From Thermoleophilia bacterium (lineage in GTDB: Bacteria; Actinomycetota; Thermoleophilia; RBG-16-64-13): 64,000 bases of DNA. Below the pieces are notes generated by a model, which saw nothing but the letters and a program-made list of their open reading frames with translations, was not told the DNA's origin and did no database searches. Numbering within the stretch: the first letter of the stretch is position 1; each line of letters begins with the position of its first letter. The translations under genes were made by a program, and so were the position numbers. Below, piece by piece: positions 38,628 to 48,567 of the stretch. Location: the NCBI GenBank assembly GCA_040770645.1, contig JAXGIS010000004.1, forward strand, positions 37,600-101,599. The letters run 5' to 3'.

Positions 38628-38935
38628 AGCTCAGACTCTCCGCGAACAGAGCGATTGAGAAACGAGGCCAACGATTCCGGTAGGGGAGGATGAACGTTGA
38701 GGGGTGCGCTCTCGATCATGTGTAGAACTTAGCACAGCTTGGCGACGCATCAAGCCGTCCCGCGACTGGCCCTGGTAGCATACATCTCGTGACCCCCTCC
38801 TCCTCACATCCACCATCCTCCACACACCTCTCCCCCACTGCGCCTTCCGCGTTCACCCTCGACCTCAACACCAAGCTCGACCCCAACGCCAAGGGCGAGG
38901 CAACAGCTTGCAGTAATCTCGAGCATCCAACACCT

Positions 38936-40816
38936 ATGGGCGACCCGGCGGCCACCCTGCGCCGTGTCTTTGGCTACGACAGCTTCCGCCCTCTCCAGCG
39001 AGAGATCATAGAGGGCCTCATCGCTGGCCAAGACGCCTTCGTGCTCATGCCCACGGGTGGCGGCAAATCACTGTGTTTCCAGATCCCGGCGCTCCACCGA
39101 CCCGGCACCGCCATCGTGGTCTCGCCCCTGATAAGCCTCATGAAGGATCAAGTAGACGCTCTGCGCATGGCCGGAGTGCAGGCCGCGGCCTATAACTCGG
39201 CGCTGGACCCGCATCAGGCCCGGCATGTGCTGGCGCGTCTGCACGCGGGCGAACTCAAACTGCTGTACGTGGCGCCGGAGCGCCTCATGAGTGACTCATT
39301 TCTGGAGCGCCTCACCGGCTTATGCCCCTCGCTGTTCGCCATCGATGAAGCCCACTGCATTTCCCAATGGGGTCATGACTTCCGCCCAGAGTATCTGGCT
39401 TTGGCAAGGTTGCGAACCCTCTTCCCAAACGTGCCCCTTATCGCGCTCACGGCGACGGCCGATGCGCAGACGCGCCAGGATGTGCGCCGTCGTCTGGGAC
39501 TGCTCAACGCTCCCTGCTACGTGGCGAGCTTCGATCGGCCCAACCTGCGTCTCACTGTGGTGGAGAAACGGAAACCGGTAGCACAACTGACCCAGTTCCT
39601 GACTGCTCATCCAGGTGAGGCCGGGATCGTCTACTGCCTCAGCCGCCAGAAGACCGAAGAGGTGGCGAAGAGGCTGGCGGCGGCGGGCGTGCCCGCCGCC
39701 GCCTACCACGCCGGTCTGCCGGCAGACCGGCGCTCCGAAGTACAGGAAGCCTTCCTCCGTGACGACCTGCGCGTGGTGGTGGCCACCGTGGCCTTCGGCA
39801 TGGGTATTGACAAGTCCAATGTGCGGTTCGTGGTCCATTTCGATCTGCCCAAGCACATCGAGAGCTACTACCAGGAGGTGGGCCGCGCCGGCCGGGACGG
39901 CCTGCCCGCTGAAGCCCTGCTGCTATTCGCATACGCAGACATCGCTCGAGTGCGGGCGCTCATCGAAGCGGGGCAGGACCCCGACCAAACCCGGGTGGAA
40001 CTGCACAAGCTCAACGCCATGGTCGGCTTTGCCGACGCCCAAACCTGCCGGCGCCGAGTGCTGCTCGGCTACTTCGGCGAACCACTAGAGCAGGACTGCG
40101 GGAACTGTGACATCTGCCTGGATCCGCCGGAGTGTTACGACGCCACCTTGGACGCACAAAAGGCGCTCTCCTGCGTGTATCGGGTGGGACAGCGCTTCGG
40201 CATGGGCCACGTGGTGGACGTGTTGCGCGGCGCCCACACCACCCGCATACGGCAACTCGGCCACGATCGTCTCTCTACCTACGGAATCGGCTCCCGGCTC
40301 AGTGCCGACGCCTGGTTGGGTCTACTGCGTCAGCTCATTCACTTGGGTTATCTGGAACAGGACATTGCCCGCTATTCGGTCCTTCGGCTCACCCCCAAAG
40401 CCGGACCCCTCCTGCGCGGAGAGAAATCACTCACCCTGGCCCGCCCGCGCACTCGGGTCTTCGCCACCAACCGCATGGACGCGGCCGCCGACGAAGAGAG
40501 CACGGGCTCCAAACGCAAAAGGAGGCGCGAACACCCCGCACCCACGAGCAAGACCGTAGCCGTCTCCGCGCCCGAAGAGGCACTGTTCCAAGCCCTTCGC
40601 GAGCTTCGCCGACGCATCGCCTCCGAGCAGAAGGTGCCGGCCTATATGGTGTTCTCAGACGCCACCCTGCGGGCGATGGCTGCCGTTCAGCCCCTCACCG
40701 AGGACGACATGCTGAGCGTGAGCGGGGTGGGAGCCTACAAATTGGCCAAGTACGGCCGAGAGTTCCTCGCCGTGATCAAGGAGAACCCAGGGACAGAAGC
40801 GAGCGTACAGACCTGA
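38936..40816 (+). CDS. recQ: ATP-dependent DNA helicase RecQ
   Basis: MGDPAATLRRVFGYDSFRPLQREII...MPTGGGKSLCFQIPA...DEAHCISQWGHDFRPEY, Zn-binding CGNCDIC, C-terminal HRDC (FSDATLRAMA). Confidence 0.9.
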   Translation: MGDPAATLRRVFGYDSFRPLQREIIEGLIAGQDAFVLMPTGGGKSLCFQIPALHRPGTAIVVSPLISLMKDQVDALRMAGVQAAAYNSALDPHQARHVLARLHAGELKLLYVAPERLMSDSFLERLTGLCPSLFAIDEAHCISQWGHDFRPEYLALARLRTLFPNVPLIALTATADAQTRQDVRRRLGLLNAPCYVASFDRPNLRLTVVEKRKPVAQLTQFLTAHPGEAGIVYCLSRQKTEEVAKRLAAAGVPAAAYHAGLPADRRSEVQEAFLRDDLRVVVATVAFGMGIDKSNVRFVVHFDLPKHIESYYQEVGRAGRDGLPAEALLLFAYADIARVRALIEAGQDPDQTRVELHKLNAMVGFADAQTCRRRVLLGYFGEPLEQDCGNCDICLDPPECYDATLDAQKALSCVYRVGQRFGMGHVVDVLRGAHTTRIRQLGHDRLSTYGIGSRLSADAWLGLLRQLIHLGYLEQDIARYSVLRLTPKAGPLLRGEKSLTLARPRTRVFATNRMDAAADEESTGSKRKRRREHPAPTSKTVAVSAPEEALFQALRELRRRIASEQKVPAYMVFSDATLRAMAAVQPLTEDDMLSVSGVGAYKLAKYGREFLAVIKENPGTEASVQT

Positions 40817-40928
40817 TTATGTAGACCGACACGCAGCCACCCCAACTTCGGCCGCCTTCACTAATTCACCGCACTATCGCGCACCAGCCCCTTCCGCCGC
40901 GTACCACCGTTCTTGCTGCGGATGGTCC

Positions 40929-41978
40929 CTATCTCACCACGATCCGGCCCTTCGGTTCCCCCACTACCTCTCCGATTATGGCGGCGTCGGTGAGACCCTC
41001 GGCGTGCATGGCGGCCAGCAGGGCGTCGGCCTCATCGGCCGCCAGCGACATGAGAAGGCCCCCGGACGTCTGCGGATCGAACATGATGACGCTCAGTACT
41101 TCAGGGACTCCCGGCTCCAGATCTACCATGTGCAACCTGAAATCGCGATTCCGGTACATCCCACCGGGGATGATCCCCATCTCTGCCAAGCCCTTGGCCT
41201 CAGCCAGGAAAGGCACCGCGGTCGCATGGATCACCATGCCCACCTCGGTGCCTTCGATCATCTCGCAGGCATGGCCCAGCAGCCCAAAACCCGTGATGTC
41301 CGTGCAGGCGTGAACGGTGGTGGCCTGCATCAGTTCGGAGGCCTTTCTATTCAGGGCACTCATGCACTGGACGGCCTGCTCCACAGACTCGGGCGTGGCC
41401 AGCCCGCCTTTGATCCCCGTGTTGATGATGCCCACGCCGAGCGGCTTGGTGAGAATGAGCTTGTCCCCCTCCCGGCACCCCGTGTTGGGTATGACCCGTG
41501 AGGGATGGATGACGCCGGTGACAGAGAGACCATATTTGAACTCTTTGTCTTCCACGCTGTGACCACCCACCAGAACCACGTCGGCTTCGTGCATCTTGTC
41601 CAAGCCACCGCGGAGCGTCTCCCGAAGCACGGAGACATCCATGTCACGGATTGGGAAACAAACGATATTCAGGGCCGTGAGCGGCCGGCCGCCTTTGGCA
41701 TAGACATCGCTCAGTGAGTTGGCCACCGCGATCTGGCCGAACTGGTATGGGTCATCTACCACCGGCGTGAAGAAGTCGACGGTCTGGACCATTGCCAACT
41801 CCTCCGTGAGCTTGTAGACGCCGGCATCCTCGGAATGCTCCAACCCCATGATGAGGTTGGGATCAGACATGAAGGGGAGTCCCCGCAAAGCCTCGGCCAG
41901 GTCCCCTGGCCCTATCTTGCAGGCTCAGCCGGCGCCGCTTACGGTCTCGGTCAGACGCGGTATACCGTGCTCACTCAT
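40929..41978 (-). CDS. selD: Selenide, water dikinase (selenophosphate synthetase) with in-frame UGA (selenocysteine) at 41927-41925
   Basis: Extending ORF 40929-41888 upstream through the TGA gives MSEHGIPRLTETVSGAG-U-ACKIGPGDLAEALRGLPF..., matching the SelD N-terminal GAG(C/U)xCK active-site loop. The body has the AIR-synthase-like fold (DDPYQFGQIAVANSLSDVYA). Confidence 0.85.
41895..41911 (-). promoter_or_regulatory. SECIS-like hairpin 13 nt downstream of the selD UGA
   Basis: Minus strand GGCCAG-GGGAC-CUGGCC: 6-7 bp stem with a G-rich apical loop, at the spacing expected for bacterial SECIS elements. Confidence 0.55.
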
Positions 41979-41989
41979 ATTGCCAGCCT

Positions 41990-42730
41990 CTAGATCTTGA
42001 TGACGTTGGCGGCCGCCAACAGCGTATTGACCGTGTCGTACATATTGGTGACTACACCCACTCTCAGCTTATCCTTCAGATGATAGTAGTCCAGGCACGT
42101 GCCACACGAGCAGATACCCACGCCGGAGCGCTCGAGCTGACACAGAGTGTCGAGGACTTCCGATCCCTCGGTGGTGAGACCCACTCCTTCATTGAGAAAC
42201 AGGATCTGGGCCGGTCTCGATTCAGCTTCGCCCAGTGTGTTCAGAAACGCCTTCATGAGAACGGTGCCCAGTTCATCCGACCCGCTACCCAGCCTGGTTG
42301 AAGTGATGAGAATGATCACCGGCCCTTTCTGGGCGGTGGAGGCTGGAGTAGTTGGAGTCGCAGCGGGCACGCGCTCCGCTGCCGCCCGGCCAAAAGCCGA
42401 TGCCGCTACCGCATCCGGGGCCGGCGCGGGTGACGCCGCGTGTTCGTCTTCTCTTGGTGGCTGCTCTTTCCGAATAGTGACATGGAAGAGCCCGTCACGT
42501 TCCTCCACCCGGCTCTCACAACCACGGCCGGCGGCGAAGCGCATGACGTTCTCGCACCCATCGCGGCGCTCAATGATGACGGTCAGCTCACCATCTTGTA
42601 GTGCATCAAGCGCATTCTTGGTCTTGATAACGGGAAGCGGGCAGTTCAGCCCTCGCACATCTACTTCCATGGTGGCGCTGTCCTTTTCTTCCAGACTCGC
42701 ACGAAGGTCCGACAAATCAAGCAATGTCAT
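41990..42730 (-). CDS. yedF: YedF-type selenium-metabolism protein (TusA/SirA-like domain + DsrE-like domain)
   Basis: N-terminal VDVRGLNCPLPVIKTKNAL (TusA CPxP motif), Pro/Ala linker, C-terminal VIILITSTRLGSGSDELG...CGTCLDYY (DsrE-like). Lies immediately upstream of selD. Confidence 0.8.
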   Translation of the reverse strand: MTLLDLSDLRASLEEKDSATMEVDVRGLNCPLPVIKTKNALDALQDGELTVIIERRDGCENVMRFAAGRGCESRVEERDGLFHVTIRKEQPPREDEHAASPAPAPDAVAASAFGRAAAERVPAATPTTPASTAQKGPVIILITSTRLGSGSDELGTVLMKAFLNTLGEAESRPAQILFLNEGVGLTTEGSEVLDTLCQLERSGVGICSCGTCLDYYHLKDKLRVGVVTNMYDTVNTLLAAANVIKI

Positions 42731-42822
42731 TTGCGCTCATCATTGAAACAAGCACAAATCATTATAGTATGCCCACCACGGGAGGGGAAGCCCGCCGGGA
42801 CTTCCGTGTCCGAGCCGTCTGT

Positions 42823-43857
42823 CTAGCCCTCAACCGGAACAGCCACAGAACGCAGCAGTTCCTCCACCACCTGCTCGGCCGTGCGACCACGCAGCCGCGC
42901 CTCGGTATGTAGCGTCAGCCGGTGCGCCAATACGGGAACCGCCACATGCTTCACGTCGTCAGGCAGAACAAAATCACGACCTCTCACTGCCGCCAACGCC
43001 TGCCCCGCGCGCTGCAGCGCCAGTGAGGCACGCGGGCTCGCCCCCAGTTTCACATCGACATGGTCGCGGGTGGCGCGTGATAGGGCCACCACGTACTCAC
43101 GCACCGCCGTTGAGACAAACACCTCGCGGCAGAAGCTCTGGAGTTCCGTCAGTTCCGCAGCGGTGGTCACCGGCACCAACCCAGACAAGGGATCATCCTC
43201 CCGGTACCGCGCAAGGATCTCTCCCTCCTCTTCCGCGTCAGGGTATCCCACACGCAACCTGAGAAGGAAGCGGTCCAGTTGAGCTTCGGGCAGGGGAAAC
43301 GTACCCTCCAACTCCACCGGGTTCTGCGTGGCCATCACCAGGAATGGGTTGGGCAACGGAAGCGTCTCCACATCGACCGTCACCTGTCGTTCCTGCATGG
43401 CCTCCAGCAGCGGACTGCGTGCGCGGTGTGGCACGGTTGATCTCATCCACCAGAACCAAGTTGCTCATGAGGGGGCCGGGCCGAAAGCTGAACGAACCGG
43501 AACGCTGATCAAAATATTGCACGCCCGTCACATCCGAGGGCAGAAGATCGGGGGTGCACTGGATGCGTCGGAACTCGCAACCCAATGAGGCGGCCGCAGC
43601 CCGCGCCAGCATGGTCTTGCCCATTCCCGGTACGTCTTCCAGAAGCACATGGCCCTCCGCGAGTAGCGCCACCAGCACCAACTCCGCCACCGCCGGCGGT
43701 TGCCGACAATCACCTGGTTCACGCTGGCCAGGAAGGCCGAAGCTATGCGCGCCACCTGCTCCACTCGACCGTTCCCACGGGGATCGGCGGGCGCCTTCAT
43801 CCACGCCTCGTCGTCACGCACCCGCGCACCCATGGCCTCTCCCCATCGCTCCGCCAT
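42823..43857 (-). pseudogene. MoxR-like AAA+ ATPase, at least two frame disruptions
   Basis: [18 protein letters not shown] (Walker A), [17 protein letters not shown] (Walker B) and [13 protein letters not shown]...FLVMATQNP...DRFLLRL are spread over three ORF-track fragments. Confidence 0.75.
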
Positions 43858-44012
43858 TTGACCCCTTCCTCAAATCCATCCGGCGCAACTCGGCCCAGAC
43901 TTCCCGCAAAGACCGAACCTCGTCGCCGCACGGGACTCTCGAACCATACCTGACTTCCACGCACGCGCGGTCAGCGTCTCAAGCCCCTGTGCCGCTTCCG
44001 GATACGCCAAGA

Positions 44013-45145
44013 TCAGCACGGCAGCGAATTCAAACGGCGTTCCGCCTCACTGCGTCGATACCCGTGCGCCGCCGCCCACGCCAGCAACTTCCGGTACACG
44101 TCCCGCACAGAAGCTGTATCGGCATCCCCGCCGAGGCGCCGACGCCGAAACATCGACACCAACCACTTGGGCCATCGCCACCAGCTTGTCAGCCACCTTC
44201 GAAAGTCAGAAGCAAACGCACCACGCAGGCGTTCCACATTCGCTGCGCGCCGGTACGAGTTCGTGATATCCGAGCCCACGCCACCACACGCACCGTCAGC
44301 ACGTACACCACCACTACGGCCAGAACGACGGCAAATACCGTGTAACCCGCTCGAACCACGTTCAAGACCGATTCGGGCAGTACCTGCCCACCAACCGTCT
44401 CCTCCGCCCTCCGCCGGGAGAGCCCCACCCCGGCCCTCGCTCCTGCGGGAGTGTCGTCCGGGAACCAGCTCGCACGGCCGCGAACGCTCTCTCCACCTGT
44501 GCCCAAAGCCGCGATCGCGCGCCCCATGGCCCTGAGCGCTTCCGGTGTAAGAAGCGCAGGAGGGCTGCGCTCAGCACCAGGACCACCAACACCCCGGCTG
44601 CAACGAGCAGCCAAGAGCCCCGTCGCAACGAGCCACCGGCGCGACCGCCGCTCCGCGCCAGACCCAGCCCCACCATACCCAATGTCACGTAGGCCGGTCC
44701 CACCACAACAGCGAACGGCAACGATGCTTCCAGATGGTGGCCGGTAAACAGTGCTGTGAGAAGGATCACCAGCCCGAACTGGAACTCACCCACCACGGTG
44801 GCGAAGCGAACTCGCAACAGACTGAGACGCGTGCCCAGCCCCCAAAGCACCACGCCACAGAGGAGGCCTGCAAGGCGGCCGCCCTCGGGTTGTGTCACGA
44901 ACAGGCTACTCATCATGGCCACCGTGGTGATAGCGGCTACCCGCGACCACCCACGCCAGTATCGTGGGGAGGAAGCGGCCGCCACGTGAAAATCTCCGGC
45001 GTTCCACCGCCAGACCCACCACCAGAGCCAGCGGCAGCAGGACGGCCAAAGTCACCAGATTGAGACCCAAACTGACCCGGTCATCGACAATCCAAAGGAT
45101 CACCAGAGCACACATCAACTCCATTGCTGCCAACGTGCCGAGCAC
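44013..45145 (-). pseudogene. Membrane protein with DUF4129-like C-terminus, fragmented
   Basis: TM-rich fragments (ORFs 44906-45145 and 44362-44985) and a C-terminal fragment ...VRDVYRKLLAWAAAHGYRRSEAERRL, typical of DUF4129 proteins in MoxR-DUF58 operons. Confidence 0.45.
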
Positions 45146-45235
45146 TCCAACACGGAGAAGTCCAGCCAGGGGTCCCCATCCACGAACCCGTCAGAGCATC
45201 CCGTACGGACATGGCAGCAGCCGCCGAGGCCGCCT

Positions 45236-46650
45236 TCACGGCATCTTGCGATTCCGGCCGATGCGACGTCGGCCGATACGGGAGGTGGAGGCGCCCGGGC
45301 GGCGCCGCGCGGCTGCGGCCCCGCCAGCGCCTGTAGCCGCGGAGCCGAAGCTTGCGAGCCGATCGCCGTGGACGCAGCCCCGGCGGCGCCACGCTCCTCG
45401 AGGCCGGTCACGCCACCCGCCGATCCTGCGGTCACCGTGGGTCACCCACGGCCGGCCGCCGCACCGTGTGCCACACCACCCCGGGCACCCGGCCCCCCGG
45501 TTGACCCTCCCACCTGCGCAACCACGGGCTGCACGCCCGAATCGCGCAGATCGGCCAGAATGGAGCGCACGGCGCTCCCGGCCCAACCCAGGATAAACAC
45601 GGGAGTGGTGCCAAAGGAGAGGTCTGCGGCGCTGCGCGGCGAAGAACGAAGCGAAGTCGCCATTGGAAGAACGTGTGACTTTGGCAAGTGCCTCCAAAAC
45701 CTGCACCAACTGCCCTGCCGGCCGCCGCAGGCGCCGGCCGGCCGTTGTCCGCGCCTTTGGCGTTGACCCACAATCCCACCTGGCCCCCTCGATATACCAA
45801 GGAACGGGCCACGGACGCCATCACGCTGATAGCCAGCTCGAAGTCATCGTCAGTCAGGCCTGTGAAATCGTCTGCGCTCAAGAAAAGCCCCACTTTGTGA
45901 GTGGTGGTCTGCTCATGCACCCTCACCTGTAGTCGCCCCTGCCGTGCGGTAGTCTTCCAATGAACGCGACGAAGACCGTCCCCAGGTACATACTCACGAA
46001 CACCCATGGTACGGCTGGGGTCCTCGAAGAGACGCAGCTGGGCACGCGTGTCTCCCAACAGCGAACGCGCCGGCAACCCCAACTCCTCCAGGGACAAGAG
46101 GCGCGGATAGACAATGACGGCGTCGCCGCTTTCCACCACCACGGCCCGGGAATACAGCCCGAAAGCGTCGCCGGATGCCACCGCCATGGGGCCCAGTGGG
46201 TAAGTACCCACGGTGCCGCACACCACGTGTTGATCCCGGCGAGGCGCCCGCGTAGGCGGTATGGCGGTGGATGCTCTATCACCGTCGCAGTTGCCGGACT
46301 CACGAGCGGAGCCGCTTCCCCGCTGGGCTCCACCAGTTCAAGCCCCGCGGGGATCGCGGTCCGGACCGACAACCAACTAACGGGCAGTGGCTTGCGATTT
46401 ATCAACCTCAAGTTGAGATAGATCCCCTCTCCGGGAAACACGCGCGACGTGGAAAGACCGCGTTCGCAGGCCACCCCCTTCAGCGACCAGCGACTCCACG
46501 CCCACGACACCGCCGCAACCATCAGTATCATGGCGAGCGGCGCCGTCATGATAACCAGACCTACCCTCGCTGCCGCCAAGAGTAGGCCGGCCCCGCCCAC
46601 CAGCCCAAATACCGTGAAGAGAACGCCTTCCGAATGCGTGTGCCTTTCCC
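45236..46650 (-). pseudogene. DUF58-family protein (vWA-like, MoxR partner), fragmented
   Basis: N-terminal TM pair (VLFTVFGLVGGAGLLLAAA...ILMVAAVSW). The hallmark REYVPGDGLRRVHWKTTARQGRLQVR is in another frame. The C-terminal part is in two further frames. Confidence 0.65.
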
Positions 46651-46716
46651 GCCCCGCCTGCACGGGATCTGAGGACTCAGCCCGCTCCCGGCCCTCCGCC
46701 CGCCGGCCCTTGTCTC

Positions 46717-47805
46717 TCAGCCGACCCAGCGCACTCGCCCCATCACATCGGTCTCGTACCCACCCAAGGCGGCGACCACCTGCCTCGCTGCGGACGTGCC
46801 CAACCACCGCACGAGATCACTCACACCGGCCGCCTCGCTGTCAACGGCCACCAAGTCGTAGATCTCCAGGGTCAGAGGGATGAACCCCAAACCAAACACC
46901 GCTGCCGAGCCTTCCAGGGCCAGTCCCGCATCGGCCTCGCCTTCCGCCACCCGGCCCGCCACCTCGGAGTGAGTCAGCGCCTCCCGCTCGTAGCCGACGA
47001 TATCGTCGGCCACCACACCCTGCGTCTGAAGTTGTTGGTCAAGCCACACCCTGGTCCCGGAGCCGCGTTGGCGATTGACGAACCGCACGCCTCGCCCTGC
47101 CAGATCCGGCAGCCCCATCAGCCCCAGCGGATTGCCGGGGGCTACCACCAGCCCCACCCGGCGGCGTGCCAGAGTGACCAGCGCCACTCGGCGACCAGGC
47201 AAGATACGACGCACGAAGGTGTCGTTGTACACTCCGCCCTCCTCATCCAGGAGGTGGCTGCCCGCGATATCGGCTCGGCCCTCGGCCAACGCGATCAGGC
47301 CGCCCAGGCTGCCTGTGAAGGACACATCGAGCCGAAAGCCGGGCGCAATCTCATCGAAGTGCGAGGCTATCCACGCCACGGCCAGATCGTGGCTACCCAC
47401 GAAGCGCACGGTCTGGGCCGGTGCGGACTTCTCCGGACTGGACACCGCCCGCCAACGATCCATGGCCAACCGCACTGCCGTCTCAACTTCATCGATGGAA
47501 TGGCCGGCCGTCAGGGACTCCAGCAGGAATGACTCCGCGCGGTGCACGAGCCCTGCACGGCGCAGTGGGGGTGTGGTCTCCGGTTGCCTGCCCGGCGGGG
47601 CCTGTACCACGTGCGATCCTCTCCCCCGGAGACTCTCGATGAGTCCGGAGAGCTGCAACTCCCGGAAAGCCTTCTGCACTGTGCCCGGGGTACAGTGCCA
47701 CTCGGCGCTCAACCGGCGCACCGTGGGCACCCGCTGACCCGGCTTGAGGCGCCCGCCGAGGATATCCCGGCGCAGGCTCTCGGCAATCTGTTGGTACAAA
47801 TCCAT
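46717..47805 (-). CDS. Transcriptional regulator: GntR-type wHTH + PBP-like (COG1910-type, molybdate/tungstate-binding-like) domain
   Basis: MDLYQQIAESLRRDILGGRLKPGQRVPTVRRLSAEWHCTPGTVQKAFRELQLSGLIESLRGRGSHV, then VRFVGSHDLAV...FTGSLGGLIALAEGRADIAGSHL...VNRQRGSGTR. Confidence 0.7.
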   Translation of the reverse strand: MDLYQQIAESLRRDILGGRLKPGQRVPTVRRLSAEWHCTPGTVQKAFRELQLSGLIESLRGRGSHVVQAPPGRQPETTPPLRRAGLVHRAESFLLESLTAGHSIDEVETAVRLAMDRWRAVSSPEKSAPAQTVRFVGSHDLAVAWIASHFDEIAPGFRLDVSFTGSLGGLIALAEGRADIAGSHLLDEEGGVYNDTFVRRILPGRRVALVTLARRRVGLVVAPGNPLGLMGLPDLAGRGVRFVNRQRGSGTRVWLDQQLQTQGVVADDIVGYEREALTHSEVAGRVAEGEADAGLALEGSAAVFGLGFIPLTLEIYDLVAVDSEAAGVSDLVRWLGTSAARQVVAALGGYETDVMGRVRWVG

Positions 47806-47851
47806 GGCTGCCCCCCGATGAGCCTTCGGACTGTGGGCATCCCTCCCGGCT

Positions 47852-48208
47852 CTACCCAGAGCCGCCTTGTTGTAGCTCCCTCTCCAGCGCCGCGGCGACT
47901 CCAAACTGATAATAGTACCGCCGCCAACCCTCAGCGGTAGAGCCGTAAACGTTCTCTCCCCAAAAGTGGTCGAGCAGGGCTTCCCGCGCCCGCGCGATCT
48001 CCTTGAGACGGTGACGATGGCGAGGGTCGGACAGGGTCAGGTCGATCAGTTCCAGACCCCGCTCGAGCGCGCCCCGGCTGAGCTGCTCATTGCCCCGCTC
48101 CGCCCATTTCAGCGCCCTCTCCACCTCGCTGCCGATGTTGGCCAGTTGCGTCACGAGGCTGAGCTCAAACCAACGACCGGCCGCCAGCTCCTGATGACGG
48201 CGGGTCAC
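47852..48208 (-). CDS. Conserved hypothetical helical protein (partner of DUF5674-like gene)
   Basis: 118 aa. WFELSLVTQLANIGSEVERALKW...ALERGLELIDLTLSD...RLKEIARAREALLDHF. I recognise this pattern from uncharacterised proteins but cannot name a family. Confidence 0.5.
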   Translation of the reverse strand: MTRRHQELAAGRWFELSLVTQLANIGSEVERALKWAERGNEQLSRGALERGLELIDLTLSDPRHRHRLKEIARAREALLDHFWGENVYGSTAEGWRRYYYQFGVAAALERELQQGGSG

Positions 48209-48495
48209 TTCAAGATGAGGCCATCGACCACGACCAGGATCCTGCGCCTCACCTCCGGGTCGTCGATACCTCGCGATCGATTGCCCTGTGACGGACGGAA
48301 CAGGTTGATACCCCAGAGGTTGCGCTGCGCCGAACCGTGTTCCAAGAGCAGCGCCTCCTCGTCCGCGTGGAGCTCTGCATCAATGGCCATGATGCCTCGC
48401 TCCACGTCCACAACGGCCTTCACGAGATCGCCGAACTTCGTCTGCGCCATCTCGGCCAGAACCGCCAGCGCCATGGGCTCCTCCACGATAAGCAT
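48205..48495 (-). CDS. DUF5674-like protein
   Basis: 96 aa. FGDLVKAVVDVERGIMAIDAELHADEEALLLEHGSAQRNLWGINL...RPSQGNRSRGIDDPEVRRRI. ATGA overlap with the downstream gene. Confidence 0.55.
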   Translation of the reverse strand: MLIVEEPMALAVLAEMAQTKFGDLVKAVVDVERGIMAIDAELHADEEALLLEHGSAQRNLWGINLFRPSQGNRSRGIDDPEVRRRILVVVDGLILK

Positions 48496-48567
48496 GGCAC
48501 GAGGGTATCACAGCCGAGCCGCCAAACCCGGACTCACCTCCTGCCCTGCCCTGCGCCCGGCGCGGGC

